The notes: generated by a model not told the origin, from the sequence alone. 64,000 nt of DNA from Patescibacteria group bacterium (GCA_028865095.1 JAGWLA010000001.1:137806-201805); one strand, 5' to 3'; numbered from the stretch's first letter, positions 1 through 12,956 are shown. Translations and numbers: made by a program.

Positions 1-447
1 GCGGCCGGCATCATCCCGCGCCTCATCGACATGGGCGTCGACCCGTACCTCATCGCCCCGACCCTCATCCTCGGGGTCGCCCAGCGCCTGGTGGGCATGC
101 TGGTGCCGGAAGCGTCGGAGCCCATCCCCGTCGACGGGAGCATCAAAGCCATGATCGACCGCCAGTTCACCGACCTTCCGCCCGAATTCAAGAAGGACGT
201 GCCGTTCTCCGACACCGTCTATCGCATCAAGCCGTCGTCCCAGTCGCCCCGCGGCACCCGCGGCCGCATGGCAGTCATGGAGATGTTCCTGATGGACAAG
301 GAGATCGAGCAGGCCATCCTCAAAGACCCGACCGAATCGGAGATCAACCGCATCGCCCGGTCGAAAGGCATGATCACCATGAAGGAAGATGCCATCATCA
401 AGGCGTTCCAGAAGAAGATCCCCATCGAGGAAGTGAATAAACTGTAG
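1..447 (+). CDS. pilB: Type IV pilus assembly ATPase PilB/GspE, C-terminal part (truncated by window start)
   Basis: Frame open from base 1 (AAGIIPRLIDMGVDPYLI..GVAQRLV..RGRMAVME..GMITMKEDA), typical GspE/PilB C-terminus; upstream of pilT/pilC. Confidence 0.88.
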   Translation, partial: AAGIIPRLIDMGVDPYLIAPTLILGVAQRLVGMLVPEASEPIPVDGSIKAMIDRQFTDLPPEFKKDVPFSDTVYRIKPSSQSPRGTRGRMAVMEMFLMDKEIEQAILKDPTESEINRIARSKGMITMKEDAIIKAFQKKIPIEEVNKL

Positions 448-459
448 TATACTATCAGC

Positions 460-852
460 ATGCCCAAGAAGATCCTCATCGTAGACGACGACAAGTTCCT
501 CCTCGACATGTATACCTTGAAATTCTCCAAGGCCGGCTATGACGTCAAGACGTCCGATTCCACCGAAGGCGGCCTGGCCCTTCTCCGGGGAGGGTATGTC
601 CCCGACATCATGCTCAGCGACATCGTCATGCCGGGCCTCGACGGCCTCGAGCTGGTCGCGGCCATCAGGAAAGAGAGCCTCATCCCGGGCGCGGTCATCA
701 TCATGCTCACCAACCAGGGCGGCTCGGACGACGTGGCTCGCGCCAAGAAGCTCTCCGTCGACGGCTATATCGTCAAAGCCACCACCATCCCGTCGGAGGT
801 CCTGACCGAGGTCGAGAAGATCTGCGCCTCGAAGGCCCATCCCGCATCATAA
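460..852 (+). CDS. Single-domain CheY-like response regulator
   Basis: KILIVDDD, DIVMPGLDG, MLTN, YIVK receiver motifs. Confidence 0.92.
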   Translation: MPKKILIVDDDKFLLDMYTLKFSKAGYDVKTSDSTEGGLALLRGGYVPDIMLSDIVMPGLDGLELVAAIRKESLIPGAVIIMLTNQGGSDDVARAKKLSVDGYIVKATTIPSEVLTEVEKICASKAHPAS

Positions 853-856
853 CGCC

Positions 857-1915
857 ATGGACTACAAGAAAGAGATACAAGACCTGGTCGATCTGATCCT
901 CAAGGAAGGGGCGTCCGACCTGCACCTCTCGGTCGGCCGCACGCCTATCATCAGGGTCTCCGGCAACCTCATCCCGCTCGTCAAGAAGCCGATCCTCACC
1001 GACAAGGACCTCCAAGGCTTCTCGGACGTCTTCCTGTCGGAGGACAGCAAGGAGATCCTCAAGAGGGAGAAGGACGTCGATTTCTCATATAACCTCATCG
1101 CCTCGCGCTTCCGCGGCAACGCCTATTTCCGCCAAGGGTCGCTTTCCATCGCCCTGCGCCTCATCCCCAAGTCGATTAGGACCCTGGCCGAGCTCAATCT
1201 GCCGCCGATCCTCGAGTCCTTCACCCGCAAGCAGCAAGGGTTCTTCCTGGTGGTGGGCCCCATCGGACAGGGCAAGACCACCACCTTGGCCACGCTCATC
1301 GAGATGATCAACCAGACCCGCACCGAGCACATCCTGACCATCGAAGACCCCATCGAATACCAGTTCGAATCCAAGAAGTCGATCATCGACCAGCGGGAGG
1401 TGCGCATCGACACCCCTGATTTCCATAACGCCCTCATCGCCATGTTCCGCGAGGACATCGACGTCTGCATGGTCGGCGAGATGCGCGACAACATGACCAT
1501 ATCCACCGCCGTGACCGCCGCCGAGACGGGCCACCTCATCTTCTCGACCCTGCACACCAACGACGCGTCCCAGACCATCAACCGCATCATCGACTCCTTC
1601 CCGTCGAACCAGCAGGACCAGATACGCGTCCAGCTGGCGGGATCGCTCTCGGGCATATTCTCTCAGCGCCTCATCCCGCGCATCTCCGGCGGCCTCGTCC
1701 CGGCGTACGAGCTCCTCATCAACAACAACGCGGTCTCCAACCTCATCCGCGAGAAGCGCATCCATGAGATCGACACGGTCATCGAGACCAGCTCGCAGGA
1801 AGGGATGGTCGACTTGAACCGGTCTCTGGCCGAGCTCGTCAGGTCGGGGGAGATCACGGTGGAGAGCGCGTACACCAACTCGCTGAACCCCAAGACCCTG
1901 GAGAGGATGATATAG
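857..1915 (+). CDS. pilT: Type IV pilus retraction ATPase PilT
   Basis: ASDLHL, Walker A GPIGQGKTTT, TIEDPIE, GEMRD, AAETGHL..STLHT, NLIRE. Confidence 0.93.
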   Translation: MDYKKEIQDLVDLILKEGASDLHLSVGRTPIIRVSGNLIPLVKKPILTDKDLQGFSDVFLSEDSKEILKREKDVDFSYNLIASRFRGNAYFRQGSLSIALRLIPKSIRTLAELNLPPILESFTRKQQGFFLVVGPIGQGKTTTLATLIEMINQTRTEHILTIEDPIEYQFESKKSIIDQREVRIDTPDFHNALIAMFREDIDVCMVGEMRDNMTISTAVTAAETGHLIFSTLHTNDASQTINRIIDSFPSNQQDQIRVQLAGSLSGIFSQRLIPRISGGLVPAYELLINNNAVSNLIREKRIHEIDTVIETSSQEGMVDLNRSLAELVRSGEITVESAYTNSLNPKTLERMI

Positions 1916-1924
1916 AACACCGCC

Positions 1925-3139
1925 ATGCTATTCACCTACCAAGCCCTCGACGGGGCAGGATCGAAGAAAGAAGGCTCCATCGACGCCATCAACGTCGACG
2001 TCGCCATCTCCTCGCTGCAGCGCCGCGGCTTGGTCATCACCACCATCAAGGAAGCCGGCCAAGGCGGCTCCATCCTCTCCAAGAACATATCGTTCTTCGA
2101 CCATGTGTCCACCAAGGACGTGGTCATCCTCTCCCGGCAGCTGGCCACTTTGTTCGAGGCCCAGATATCGGCCCTCCGCGTCTTCCGCCTGATCGGCGGC
2201 GAGACGGAGAACAAGGTCCTCGGCGCCAAGCTGGAGACCATCGCCGACGACCTCCAGGCGGGAAGCTCCATATCGGCCGCCTTGGCCAAGCACCCGAAAG
2301 TCTTCGACGATTTCTACGTGTCCATGGTCAAGGCCGGCGAAGAGTCGGGCAAGCTCAACGACACCTTCCTCTATCTGGCCGACTACCTCGACCGCACCTA
2401 CGAGCTCACTTCCAAGGTCCGTGGCGCCCTCATATATCCGGCGTTCGTGGTGGTCACTTTCTTCACGGTCATGGTCCTCATGTTCACCATGATCATACCG
2501 AAGATAAGCCCCATCCTGGTCCAGTCGGGCGCCACCATCCCCGTCTACACCCAAGTGATCATCGGCATGTCCAACTTCATGGTGTCGTACGGCTTCGTCC
2601 TGCTGGCGGTCGCCATCGTCGGCGGCTACTTCCTCTTCCGCTTCGTCAGGACGCCGGCCGGGCGCGCCGCGTACGACCGGTTCAAGCTGTCGGTCCCGTA
2701 TGTGAGCAGCCTCTACCGCAAGCTCTATCTGGCGCGCTTCGCCGACAACATGAACACCATGCTGGCGTCGGGCATCCCGATGGTGCGCGCCCTCGACCTG
2801 ACGTCGAACGTCATCAGCAATACCGTCTACAAGCAGATCCTGACCGACGCCACCGAGGCGGTCAAAGGCGGCCAGACCCTTTCCGACTCTCTCTCCAGCC
2901 ACCCGAAGGAGATGCCGGGCATCATGACCCAGATGATGAGAGTGGGCGAAGAGGCCGGAGAAGTCGGGTCCATCCTGAAGACGGTGGCCAATTTCTATAC
3001 CAGGGAAGTGGCTACGGCGGTCGATTCGCTGGTCTCGCTCATCGAGCCGGCCATGATCGTCCTCCTCGGCGCAGGCGTGGCTATATTGCTGGCCGCCGTG
3101 CTCGTGCCTATCTATTCCATCGCCTCGTCGACCTCGTAG
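1925..3139 (+). CDS. pilC: Type IV pilus platform protein PilC (GspF family)
   Basis: Two GspF repeats (AGEESGKL, VGEEAGEV), ALIYP, LIEP, TM segments. Confidence 0.93.
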   Translation: MLFTYQALDGAGSKKEGSIDAINVDVAISSLQRRGLVITTIKEAGQGGSILSKNISFFDHVSTKDVVILSRQLATLFEAQISALRVFRLIGGETENKVLGAKLETIADDLQAGSSISAALAKHPKVFDDFYVSMVKAGEESGKLNDTFLYLADYLDRTYELTSKVRGALIYPAFVVVTFFTVMVLMFTMIIPKISPILVQSGATIPVYTQVIIGMSNFMVSYGFVLLAVAIVGGYFLFRFVRTPAGRAAYDRFKLSVPYVSSLYRKLYLARFADNMNTMLASGIPMVRALDLTSNVISNTVYKQILTDATEAVKGGQTLSDSLSSHPKEMPGIMTQMMRVGEEAGEVGSILKTVANFYTREVATAVDSLVSLIEPAMIVLLGAGVAILLAAVLVPIYSIASSTS

Positions 3140-3264
3140 CGGGGGCGGGTAGCAGATTATCCACAGGCTCATATGGACGGCGTGCGGCCATGATATAATG
3201 GTCACAACCATATAAATGGCCAAAGTCACTTATTAGTTGAGTCATTAATAGCACAAGAATACTT

Positions 3265-3750
3265 ATGAAATTGAAGAATATAAGGAGAGGTTTCACCCTC
3301 ATCGAATTGCTCGTCGTCATCGCCATCATCGGCATATTGGCGTCCATCGTCTTGGTGTCGCTGAACAGCGCGAGGACCAAGGGCACTGATGCTCGTGTTG
3401 TCTCCGATGTACAGGAGATGCGCACGTGGCTTGAGACTCAGTATAATGGTTCGGGTTATCCTCTTAACGGAACGACGGTGGCTTGCAATGGCATTGCAAA
3501 CAGCAACACGACGGCGACATTCGCGGCTTGCGTGAATTCGCCTGACGCCAACGCCAATGCTCTTAATGCCGATGCGAATACAGAGAGCGGCGGTCACCCG
3601 TTGTATATCTCCGTCGGCAATAATGGAAGCTCGTATGCTGTCCGTGGATATCTTCAAGCGACGAGTAAGTATTTCTGCATCGATTCTACCGGAGCGGCCA
3701 ACCAGAGTGATAGTGGCAGCAATGCATCGGCAGCAGCTAGGTGTCAATAG
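3265..3750 (+). CDS. Type IV pilin, probable major pilin
   Basis: G|FTLIELLVVIAIIGILA class III signal; own promoter (TGaTATAAT 3191-3199) and terminator; paired Cys. Confidence 0.88.
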   Translation: MKLKNIRRGFTLIELLVVIAIIGILASIVLVSLNSARTKGTDARVVSDVQEMRTWLETQYNGSGYPLNGTTVACNGIANSNTTATFAACVNSPDANANALNADANTESGGHPLYISVGNNGSSYAVRGYLQATSKYFCIDSTGAANQSDSGSNASAAARCQ

Positions 3751-3784
3751 CATCGTTCTGACGGTCTAAACTGTCGGCGATTCC

Positions 3785-3814
3785 AACAAAACCCCTGCAA
3801 GGGGTTTTGTTTTT
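3785..3814 (+). terminator. Intrinsic (probably bidirectional) terminator after pilin
   Basis: AACAAAACCCCT-GCA-AGGGGTTTTGTT followed by T run. Confidence 0.8.
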
Positions 3815-3840
3815 AGCGCCGAGATGCTAGATTTGTAGGC

Positions 3841-6249
3841 ATGTCCCATCAGATCAAGGCGGCGAAGCTCTCGGTCATCGTCCCCGTCTTCAACGAGAGA
3901 GGGACGATCAGGGAAGTGATAGCGAAAGTCATCTCTGCCCGACTGCCCGATGGGTGGACGAGAGAAGTGATCGTTGTCGATGATGCCTCTCACGACGGCA
4001 CCCAAAATGTCCTTAAAGGCCTCGTTGGATGCACCATATCCTATTCGCGATTCAATGGCGGGAAAGGGGCGGCGCTTAAAGAAGGATTAAGGATCGCGAC
4101 AGGGGATTATATCCTCATACAAGACGCCGATCTAGAATATGACCCGGATGATTATGAAAAGCTGCTCCAGCCTATCATCGATGGCAGGGCAGACGCGGTC
4201 TTCGGGTCGCGCACTCTCGGAAAGAACAACAAGGTTCCCTTGAAGAGGATATATTTCTATGGAGGCTTGCTCATCAATAAGATATTTAATGCCCTTTTTG
4301 GGACGAGGGTGAGCGACGTGGCGACGTGCTACAAAATCTTCTCTCGCGGGCATGCCGACGAGATCTTGAAACTGCCGGCAAACGACTTCGTGTTCGATGT
4401 CGTCGAGCTGTCTTATTATCTGACAAGTCATACGCATATCGTTGAGGTTCCGATCCGTTATGAGCCGCGCGGAGGGACAGAAGGGAAGAAGATGGGTTGG
4501 CGCCATGGTTGGCGTTGTTTTAGGAGGATGCTGTCTCTCTATATCGATCAGAGGAGCTGGATGCCGGCCTTCCTCTCTTTTGCCGTCTTCTTTGCCGTCT
4601 TCTTTGCAGTGTATTTCTCGGTGAGCACGCTCTCGAGCGGCGACGATCACTTCTTCCATTTCAGGTTCGCCCAAGAGATGCTGTCCCATGGCTTTTTCGG
4701 ATCTTTCCAAGATTTCAAATCGATCTATTTTTCCCAGATGGCGCATGGCAATTCATATTTCATGTATTACAATTTCATCTTTTATGTCGTCGCCATCCCG
4801 TTCACCTTTATCACCCCTCTGTATCTAGGGATAAAGCTTTATGCCGTCTTGATTGCGGCAGCTGCGTTCACCTTGCTCTACTGGTGCCTTAAGAGGTTCG
4901 ACATACGCTATCCGTTCGTATGGACTCTCGTCATCCTCTCGATCACTAGTACGGCATCGCTCTGGAGATTTTTTCTCTCAAGGCCGTATGCGCTCGCCCC
5001 ATCCATCCTTCTGCTCCTTCTTTATTTCCTGTATCGCAAAAACCATGTCGGCGTCGCGATCGTGAGCTTTGCGTATCTTTTCTGGCACAGCTCGACGTTC
5101 TTTATGCCGATATGCGTTGCCGTTGCATATTACATAATCGAAAAGTTCTATCGGAACAAGGGCGACTGGAAGAACCTGGCGTGTGCAATCGGGGGGACAA
5201 TGGCAGCGATCGGCGCCACTTACCTCGTTTCAGGCGGATTTCTCATCTTCATATGGCAGACGCTCGTGAAGATCTATTGGCAGACGATCTTGGGGCATGC
5301 CGTCAAAATATCAGAGGGGGGAGAGCTGTATCCGATCGATTTCTTCAATTTCATCCAGACAAACGCTCTTATCTTTGCCGCATTCGTGACAGCTTTGTCG
5401 GTAGATATATTCAGCTACGTGGCCTATAAGACGGGGCGGTCCCCTTCAGACGATTATTTTGCCGATGCGCCAGCGCCTCGGCGTCACCTTCAATCAACGG
5501 TGCTATTCCTGACGGCGGGGTTCTTCCTGGGGACGGTGGCGGTCAGCGGCAGATTCGGAGATTATTTCACGTTCTTTGCCGCGCTCTATATAGCATTATC
5601 GTTCGATTATGCTCGCAGGCTCGTCGTCATATCCGGCGGGTCGCTGATCCGGCAGAGCCTCGGCACCGGGCTTGCGATCGTTCTCGCCTATCTTTTTTTG
5701 AGCAATATGCTGTTTCTTCAACAAAGGATCGCCTACGGCCAATCGCCGCTCGAATTCTATCAAGTCGGATCGTGGCTGAAAGAGAATTCGAAGCCTGGCG
5801 ACATAGTGTTCGAGGCTAATTGGAGCTGGTTCCCGCAGCTGTACTATTGGAGCCCGGATGATTATTACAGCGCCGGTCTTGAGCCAAGGTTCATGTATGA
5901 TTACAACCCAGCGCTTTATTGGGAATCAGTTCACATCGCGCAAGATGGTTATGTGTGCGCCCAGCAGGAATGCCCTGACCTCGAAGCCGCCCGTTCCAAA
6001 GCTTTATCAGGAGCGACGACTACTTTGGAGTGGGCCAAGCGCCAAGGTGATGCCATAGCGTCCGCGCTACGGAATGACTTCCACGCCTCGTATATAGTTT
6101 CTTCGAAGGATTATCGCTTTTTCGATTACATTCTTTCCAATAACTCCCATTTCAAACTGGGCCTGTATAATGACCAATTCGGCAATGAGGTATTCACAGT
6201 GTCTACCAGTTCGGTCATAGCTATGCCTGATGCAAGGAACAGGAAATGA
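3841..6249 (+). CDS. Fusion of GT2 polyprenol-phosphate glycosyltransferase (DPM1/GtrB-like) and multi-TM GT-C-like glycosyltransferase
   Basis: N-term [32 protein letters not shown]; then about a dozen TM segments with an acidic DDH motif after the first TM. Confidence 0.8.
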   Translation: MSHQIKAAKLSVIVPVFNERGTIREVIAKVISARLPDGWTREVIVVDDASHDGTQNVLKGLVGCTISYSRFNGGKGAALKEGLRIATGDYILIQDADLEYDPDDYEKLLQPIIDGRADAVFGSRTLGKNNKVPLKRIYFYGGLLINKIFNALFGTRVSDVATCYKIFSRGHADEILKLPANDFVFDVVELSYYLTSHTHIVEVPIRYEPRGGTEGKKMGWRHGWRCFRRMLSLYIDQRSWMPAFLSFAVFFAVFFAVYFSVSTLSSGDDHFFHFRFAQEMLSHGFFGSFQDFKSIYFSQMAHGNSYFMYYNFIFYVVAIPFTFITPLYLGIKLYAVLIAAAAFTLLYWCLKRFDIRYPFVWTLVILSITSTASLWRFFLSRPYALAPSILLLLLYFLYRKNHVGVAIVSFAYLFWHSSTFFMPICVAVAYYIIEKFYRNKGDWKNLACAIGGTMAAIGATYLVSGGFLIFIWQTLVKIYWQTILGHAVKISEGGELYPIDFFNFIQTNALIFAAFVTALSVDIFSYVAYKTGRSPSDDYFADAPAPRRHLQSTVLFLTAGFFLGTVAVSGRFGDYFTFFAALYIALSFDYARRLVVISGGSLIRQSLGTGLAIVLAYLFLSNMLFLQQRIAYGQSPLEFYQVGSWLKENSKPGDIVFEANWSWFPQLYYWSPDDYYSAGLEPRFMYDYNPALYWESVHIAQDGYVCAQQECPDLEAARSKALSGATTTLEWAKRQGDAIASALRNDFHASYIVSSKDYRFFDYILSNNSHFKLGLYNDQFGNEVFTVSTSSVIAMPDARNRK

Positions 6250-6671
6250 CCGAGGCTGCTAAAGACATGTTCGGACGGATACATGCCCGCTTCAGCCGGG
6301 TAGTCAGGTTCGTGTCATCGGGAGCAGTCGGTGCCGCTATCGATCTCGGTTTGTTGTTCTTGTTCGTGCGCGTGATGGATGCGTGGTATCTGCCTTCCGC
6401 TGTGGTCGCATTCGTTCTCTCATACGCTGTCAGCTTTATATTGCAGAAGTTCTGGACATTCAGAGAGCGCTCGATGGAGCGCGCTCACGTCCAGGCCTCC
6501 TCCTATCTTCTGTTGGCCCTAGCGAATCTGGTCCTTAACACCCTGCTAATGTACGCTCTCGTTACCGGAATCGGTTTGGAATACCTCGCAGCCCAAATAA
6601 TAGCCAGCGCCATCATAGCGGTCGAGAGTTACGCATTCTATAAGTTGATATTCAAAGTACCCGTTGCTTGA
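6246..6671 (+). CDS. GtrA-family lipid-linked sugar flippase
   Basis: 141 aa, four TM segments, [19 protein letters not shown]; overlaps upstream stop (ATGA). Confidence 0.88.
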   Translation: MTEAAKDMFGRIHARFSRVVRFVSSGAVGAAIDLGLLFLFVRVMDAWYLPSAVVAFVLSYAVSFILQKFWTFRERSMERAHVQASSYLLLALANLVLNTLLMYALVTGIGLEYLAAQIIASAIIAVESYAFYKLIFKVPVA

Positions 6672-6692
6672 CGTATCTGCTATAATTTAGCA

Positions 6693-7208
6693 ATGAAAAA
6701 AGGCTTCACCCTCATCGAATTGCTCGTCGTCATCGCCATCATCGGCATATTGAGCTCGATCATATTGGTCAACCTCGCGTCGTCCCGCGCCAAAGCCAGG
6801 GATGCCCAGAGGGTGTCGGATATAGGGCAGATACAGCTGGCGCTCTCCCTTTATTACGACCGGTGCGGCCAGTATCCTCCTCCGCATTCGGGCAAGATCG
6901 ACAGCACCGTGCTCGCCGAGAGCACGGGCTGCCCGAGCGGGAGCGGGATCAGCCTCCAGTCGTTCATATCGCAGATACCGATGTCTCCTGCCGGAGGGAG
7001 CCTGTCCGCGGCTCCTTACGACTATGTCGCCAACAGCTCCGACTCCGACTATGTCCTCCATTCTTCTTTGGAATATAGCAGCTCCGCCCAGGCGAACAGC
7101 TTCTCCGAGACGAGCCGCGCGTCCGCTCCGTATTCGTCGTGGGCTACCGGCTTCTCGTGCTATGACGCCGCCAGCCATCAGACGGAGTACTGCGTCACTT
7201 CACGATAG
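6693..7208 (+). CDS. Type IV pilin / GspG-like pilin
   Basis: KKG|FTLIELLVVIAIIGIL, ARDAQRVSDI..ALSLYY. Confidence 0.9.
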   Translation: MKKGFTLIELLVVIAIIGILSSIILVNLASSRAKARDAQRVSDIGQIQLALSLYYDRCGQYPPPHSGKIDSTVLAESTGCPSGSGISLQSFISQIPMSPAGGSLSAAPYDYVANSSDSDYVLHSSLEYSSSAQANSFSETSRASAPYSSWATGFSCYDAASHQTEYCVTSR

Positions 7209-8006
7209 ATGACCGATCTCGCCATCCCGCTCATCCTGGCGTTCTGCTTCGGGGCCGTCATCGGGAGCTTCCTGAATGTCGTATCGCTCCGCTTCAACAC
7301 CGGCGTCGGCCTCGGCGGCCGGTCGAAATGCATGTCCTGCGGGAACCAGCTCTCCTGGAAGGAGCTCATACCGATCGCCAGCTTCATGGCCCAGAAGGGC
7401 GCCTGCAAGAAGTGCCGCGCCCGGATCTCGTGGCAGTATCCGCTGGTAGAATTCGCCGCCGGCGCCATATTCGTGCTCGTCATATACCGCTTCCCGCCGG
7501 CATCGTATCTCGCCGCGCTGACGACCTTCATATATCTCACGGCCACCAGCCTGCTCCTGGTCATCGCCGCCTATGACGTGAAGCATAAGATCATCCCCGA
7601 CCGCTTCGTCTGGGCGTTCGACGCCCTCGCTCTGGCGAGCGTATTCGTGGGAGGCCAGTCATGGCTGCACGCGCCGCATTGGTGGACTCTGGCGGCCGGC
7701 CCGCTCCTGGCTCTGCCGTTCGCCCTGCTCTGGCTGGTCTCCAAAGGCTCGTGGATGGGATTAGGCGACGCCAAGCTCGTCCTCGGCCTCGGGTGGCTCC
7801 TCGGCATGGATGGGGGAGCGAACGCGCTGGTCTGGGCTTTCTGGATAGGGGCTGCGGCCAGCGTGGCGTGGATGCTCGTCGTCCGCAAGCGCTTCAAGGC
7901 CAAGGCGGAAGTGCCCCTCGGCCCGTATCTCATCATCGGCTTCTACCTCGTCCTCCTCTTCGGCTGGCAGGCCATCGACCTGCGCATGCTGGCGCAGCTC
8001 TTTTGA
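7209..8006 (+). CDS. pilD: Prepilin peptidase (A24)
   Basis: GSFLNVV, RSKCMSC..CKKC zinc motif, YD..H..IPD, MGLGDAKL, PLGPYL. Confidence 0.93.
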   Translation: MTDLAIPLILAFCFGAVIGSFLNVVSLRFNTGVGLGGRSKCMSCGNQLSWKELIPIASFMAQKGACKKCRARISWQYPLVEFAAGAIFVLVIYRFPPASYLAALTTFIYLTATSLLLVIAAYDVKHKIIPDRFVWAFDALALASVFVGGQSWLHAPHWWTLAAGPLLALPFALLWLVSKGSWMGLGDAKLVLGLGWLLGMDGGANALVWAFWIGAAASVAWMLVVRKRFKAKAEVPLGPYLIIGFYLVLLFGWQAIDLRMLAQLF

Positions 8007-8021
8007 GCTATAATGGAGGGG

Positions 8022-8624
8022 ATGAATCGCGGCTTCACCCTCATCGAGCTCCTCGTATCGCTGGCCATATTCGCCCTGATGACCGCCCTCGTCGTGGCGA
8101 AGTTCGGCAATTTCAATCAGAGCACCCTCCTCACCGACACGGCGTATGACGTGGCCTTGGCCCTCCGCACGGCCCAGTCGTACGGGCTGTCCGTCAAGAA
8201 TTCGACGGCGGGCAGCCCCGCATTCAGCTATCCGTACGGCATCGATTTCAACAGCACAGCGACCGGCGCAGCATGCGATTCGTACACGTCGACCGATCAG
8301 CTCTTCGTGCTCTTCGCCGATAAGGATTCGAATCACTTGTGCGGCTCGGGCGACCTGGGCATCAGCACGTATGCGCTCACCCGCGGGGCATACATCTCCT
8401 ATCTCTGCGCGGGGAGCGATCAGGCGACATGCCATTCCAACCCGGCCATAACCTCTCTCGACATCTCATTCCAGAGGCCCAATCCCGAGGCGTCCATCTG
8501 CAGCAGCGGCTTCAACCCGGCCTGCAGCTATGCCTATGCCGAGATCACGGTCACGAGCAATGACAAGTCGAATAGCCGCACCATATCCGTCCGGCAGAAC
8601 GGCCAGATAACCGTATTAAAATGA
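8022..8624 (+). CDS. Minor pilin (FimT/GspH-like)
   Basis: MNRG|FTLIELLV; start placed 7 nt after TATAAT. Confidence 0.85.
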   Translation: MNRGFTLIELLVSLAIFALMTALVVAKFGNFNQSTLLTDTAYDVALALRTAQSYGLSVKNSTAGSPAFSYPYGIDFNSTATGAACDSYTSTDQLFVLFADKDSNHLCGSGDLGISTYALTRGAYISYLCAGSDQATCHSNPAITSLDISFQRPNPEASICSSGFNPACSYAYAEITVTSNDKSNSRTISVRQNGQITVLK

Positions 8625-9337
8625 GCAGAGCGCACGCATACAAGGAGCGATCGAAGGGCTTTCGGACCAAGGGCGGCTTCACCCTCATCGAGATCGTCGT
8701 GTCGCTGGCCATATTCGCCATCGTGGCCATGGTCGCTTTGTCGGCATTGGTCAAGATCATGGACGCCAACAAGAAAGCTCAGACCATCCAGGACGCCGTG
8801 ACCAGCTTGTCGTACGCCCTCGATTCCATGTCCCGCGAGCTCCGGACCGGGTCCGTCTATTACTGCCAGCCTCTCACGACGGTGTCGCTCTCGAGCCTCG
8901 CGTCCGGCGCGAGCGGCAACATCTCGTCGAGCTGCCAGTCGGGGCTCGATCCGTCGTCGAACGGGGCAGTCATCGCCTTCCTGTCTCCCGCTACCGCGAC
9001 CAGAAGCGACGGCACGAAGTGCAGGCTCGTCTATGCCTATCTCCTGGCGCCGATCGTCTCGGGCGGGGCGACGACCTGGGAGCTCGAGAAGGCGGAGCAG
9101 CAGCCGAACCAGCAGTGCACCGACACGGTCTTCTATAACAGCCCGACCGACACCAATTTCGCCCCCATCGTCGACCCGTCTTCGGTCACGATCGACGGCT
9201 ATTACGTGAAAGTGGCCCTGCCGTCGGGCTCGAAGTATCCGCTGGCCACTGTCGGCCTGAAAGGCTACGCCGGCGGGAGCGAGCAGACCAAGACGTATTT
9301 CTCCGTCCAGACCGCGGCGTCGCCGCGCATCCCATAA
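8621..9337 (+). CDS. Minor pilin (PilW/GspJ-like)
   Basis: GG|FTLIEIVV, ALDSMSRELRTG. Confidence 0.85.
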   Translation: MSRAHAYKERSKGFRTKGGFTLIEIVVSLAIFAIVAMVALSALVKIMDANKKAQTIQDAVTSLSYALDSMSRELRTGSVYYCQPLTTVSLSSLASGASGNISSSCQSGLDPSSNGAVIAFLSPATATRSDGTKCRLVYAYLLAPIVSGGATTWELEKAEQQPNQQCTDTVFYNSPTDTNFAPIVDPSSVTIDGYYVKVALPSGSKYPLATVGLKGYAGGSEQTKTYFSVQTAASPRIP

Positions 9338-9340
9338 GCC

Positions 9341-9886
9341 ATGAGAGCCATCCAACGACAGCGCGGATTCACCATCATCGAGACCCTCGTGGCCATCACG
9401 GTGCTCATGATCGCCATCGCCGGCCCCTTGGTGATCGCAAGCCAGGGCCTCTTCGGGGCGCAAGCCTCGAAGGACCAGATGATAGCGTCGTATCTCGCCG
9501 AAGACAGCATGGAGACGATCAAGAACATCAAGGACAACGATATCTTCCAGGAGATCGGGTGGGAATCCAACCCTTTGGGGTCCCCGGCCTCTTTCGGCGC
9601 CTGCATATCATCCAATCCTTGCGATATGGGCTCGCTCGACAGCCCTCAGATCATGAGCGGCGCCGATTCATATCCTCTCTATCTGACTGCCAACGGCTGG
9701 TACAGCCACAACGCCGCTTTGGGCGCTAAGACCCCTTTCAGTCGTTACTTCTACACTATCCAACAGCCGTTGAACGGGGGAGTGGATAATAACCAGCTGC
9801 AAGTCACGGTCGTCGTGTCATGGAATGAAGGCCCGACGCCGTACAGCGTGTCTCTATCAAGCCAGATAACCAATTCCACCCGCTGA
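9341..9886 (+). CDS. Minor pilin (PilV/GspI-like)
   Basis: RG|FTIIETLVAI, ASYLAEDSME, VTVVVSW. Confidence 0.85.
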   Translation: MRAIQRQRGFTIIETLVAITVLMIAIAGPLVIASQGLFGAQASKDQMIASYLAEDSMETIKNIKDNDIFQEIGWESNPLGSPASFGACISSNPCDMGSLDSPQIMSGADSYPLYLTANGWYSHNAALGAKTPFSRYFYTIQQPLNGGVDNNQLQVTVVVSWNEGPTPYSVSLSSQITNSTR

Positions 9887-9890
9887 TACC

Positions 9891-10478
9891 ATGAGAACCG
9901 ATCTGCGCACAGCCCCGCTTCGCCCGAACCGCTCCGACGGGTATACGCTGCTCTTCGCGGTGCTTACGGCGGCTCTGGTCCTCGGGGTGGCGGTCTTCAT
10001 CCTGGACGTCAGCCGCAAGCAGTATGAGCTGTCGGTCTCCGCCCGCGATTCCATGTATTCGTTCTATGCCGCGGATTCCGGCATCGAATGCGTCGCTGAA
10101 TACGGCGGCACCAACAGCCCGAACGGCGATATCTACTCTTCGTCGACGCCGCCCGCGAGCGTGGCATGCGGGCTGTCCACCGTCACCTCTTTCCCGTGGA
10201 CGCACGTCTCCGACTCTTCCCATGCGAAATATGCGAATGACACCTATAACAACGGGTATGACGAGACCACGTTCAACATAGGCTTCTCTGGCGGCACCTG
10301 CGCGGCGGTGACCATCGACGAATATTACGATTCGAGCCTCAACTATTACGACAACATCCTTTCCAGCGGGTACAACAAGTGCGTGGCCAACGGCGGAGCG
10401 GTGGCCGACCAGCCTGACACGTCCGACCCCACGATCGTCGAGCGCGCCCTTCAGCTGTCGCATACGACCGCTCCTTGA
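9891..10478 (+). CDS. Minor pilin (PilX/GspK-like, lacks Glu5)
   Basis: G|YTLLFAVL, SFYAADSGIEC, ERAL C-terminus; last gene of the minor pilin set. Confidence 0.8.
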   Translation: MRTDLRTAPLRPNRSDGYTLLFAVLTAALVLGVAVFILDVSRKQYELSVSARDSMYSFYAADSGIECVAEYGGTNSPNGDIYSSSTPPASVACGLSTVTSFPWTHVSDSSHAKYANDTYNNGYDETTFNIGFSGGTCAAVTIDEYYDSSLNYYDNILSSGYNKCVANGGAVADQPDTSDPTIVERALQLSHTTAP

Positions 10479-10526
10479 CGGCGGCGCCGGAGCGCGCCGG
10501 AGCATGCCGCGGCCGCCGCGGCATGA

Positions 10527-12611
<2,085 letters not shown>

Positions 12612-12658
12612 CCGCCGCCTGTGCCGTACGGCCGCCGTATGCTAGACTGGAACCGCCT

Positions 12659-12952
12659 ATGATCACTGCCGCAGAACTCGAGCATCTCGCCGCCCTCGCC
12701 CGCATATCCCTCACGGACGGCGACAAGGAGTCGCTGGCCAAGGAATTCGACGCCATCCTCGGCTATGTCGACCAGCTCAAGAAAGCCGACGCCGCGCTCG
12801 ATGCCGAAGGCCGCGTCGGGACGGTCAAGAACGTGGCGCGGCCCGACGAGGCCCGCCCCGTCTCAGCCGAGAGCCGCGAGCGCCTGCTCGCCGAAGCCCC
12901 CGACCGCGAGGGCGATTTCATCGCGGTCAAGAAGATCATCGCCCAGGATTGA
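12659..12952 (+). CDS. gatC: Asp/Glu-tRNA amidotransferase subunit C
   Basis: HLAALARI..ILGYVDQL..RPD; directly upstream of gatA. Confidence 0.92.
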   Translation: MITAAELEHLAALARISLTDGDKESLAKEFDAILGYVDQLKKADAALDAEGRVGTVKNVARPDEARPVSAESRERLLAEAPDREGDFIAVKKIIAQD

Positions 12953-12956
12953 CGTC

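Noticed and set aside
3157-3165. Perfect DnaA box TTATCCACA upstream of the pilin as oriC
   Set aside because: Single box, no cluster, no dnaA/dnaN nearby; at most regulatory
12765-12956. N-terminal extension of gatA given by the ORF track
   Set aside because: Overlaps gatC; ATG at 12957 gives a normal GatA start
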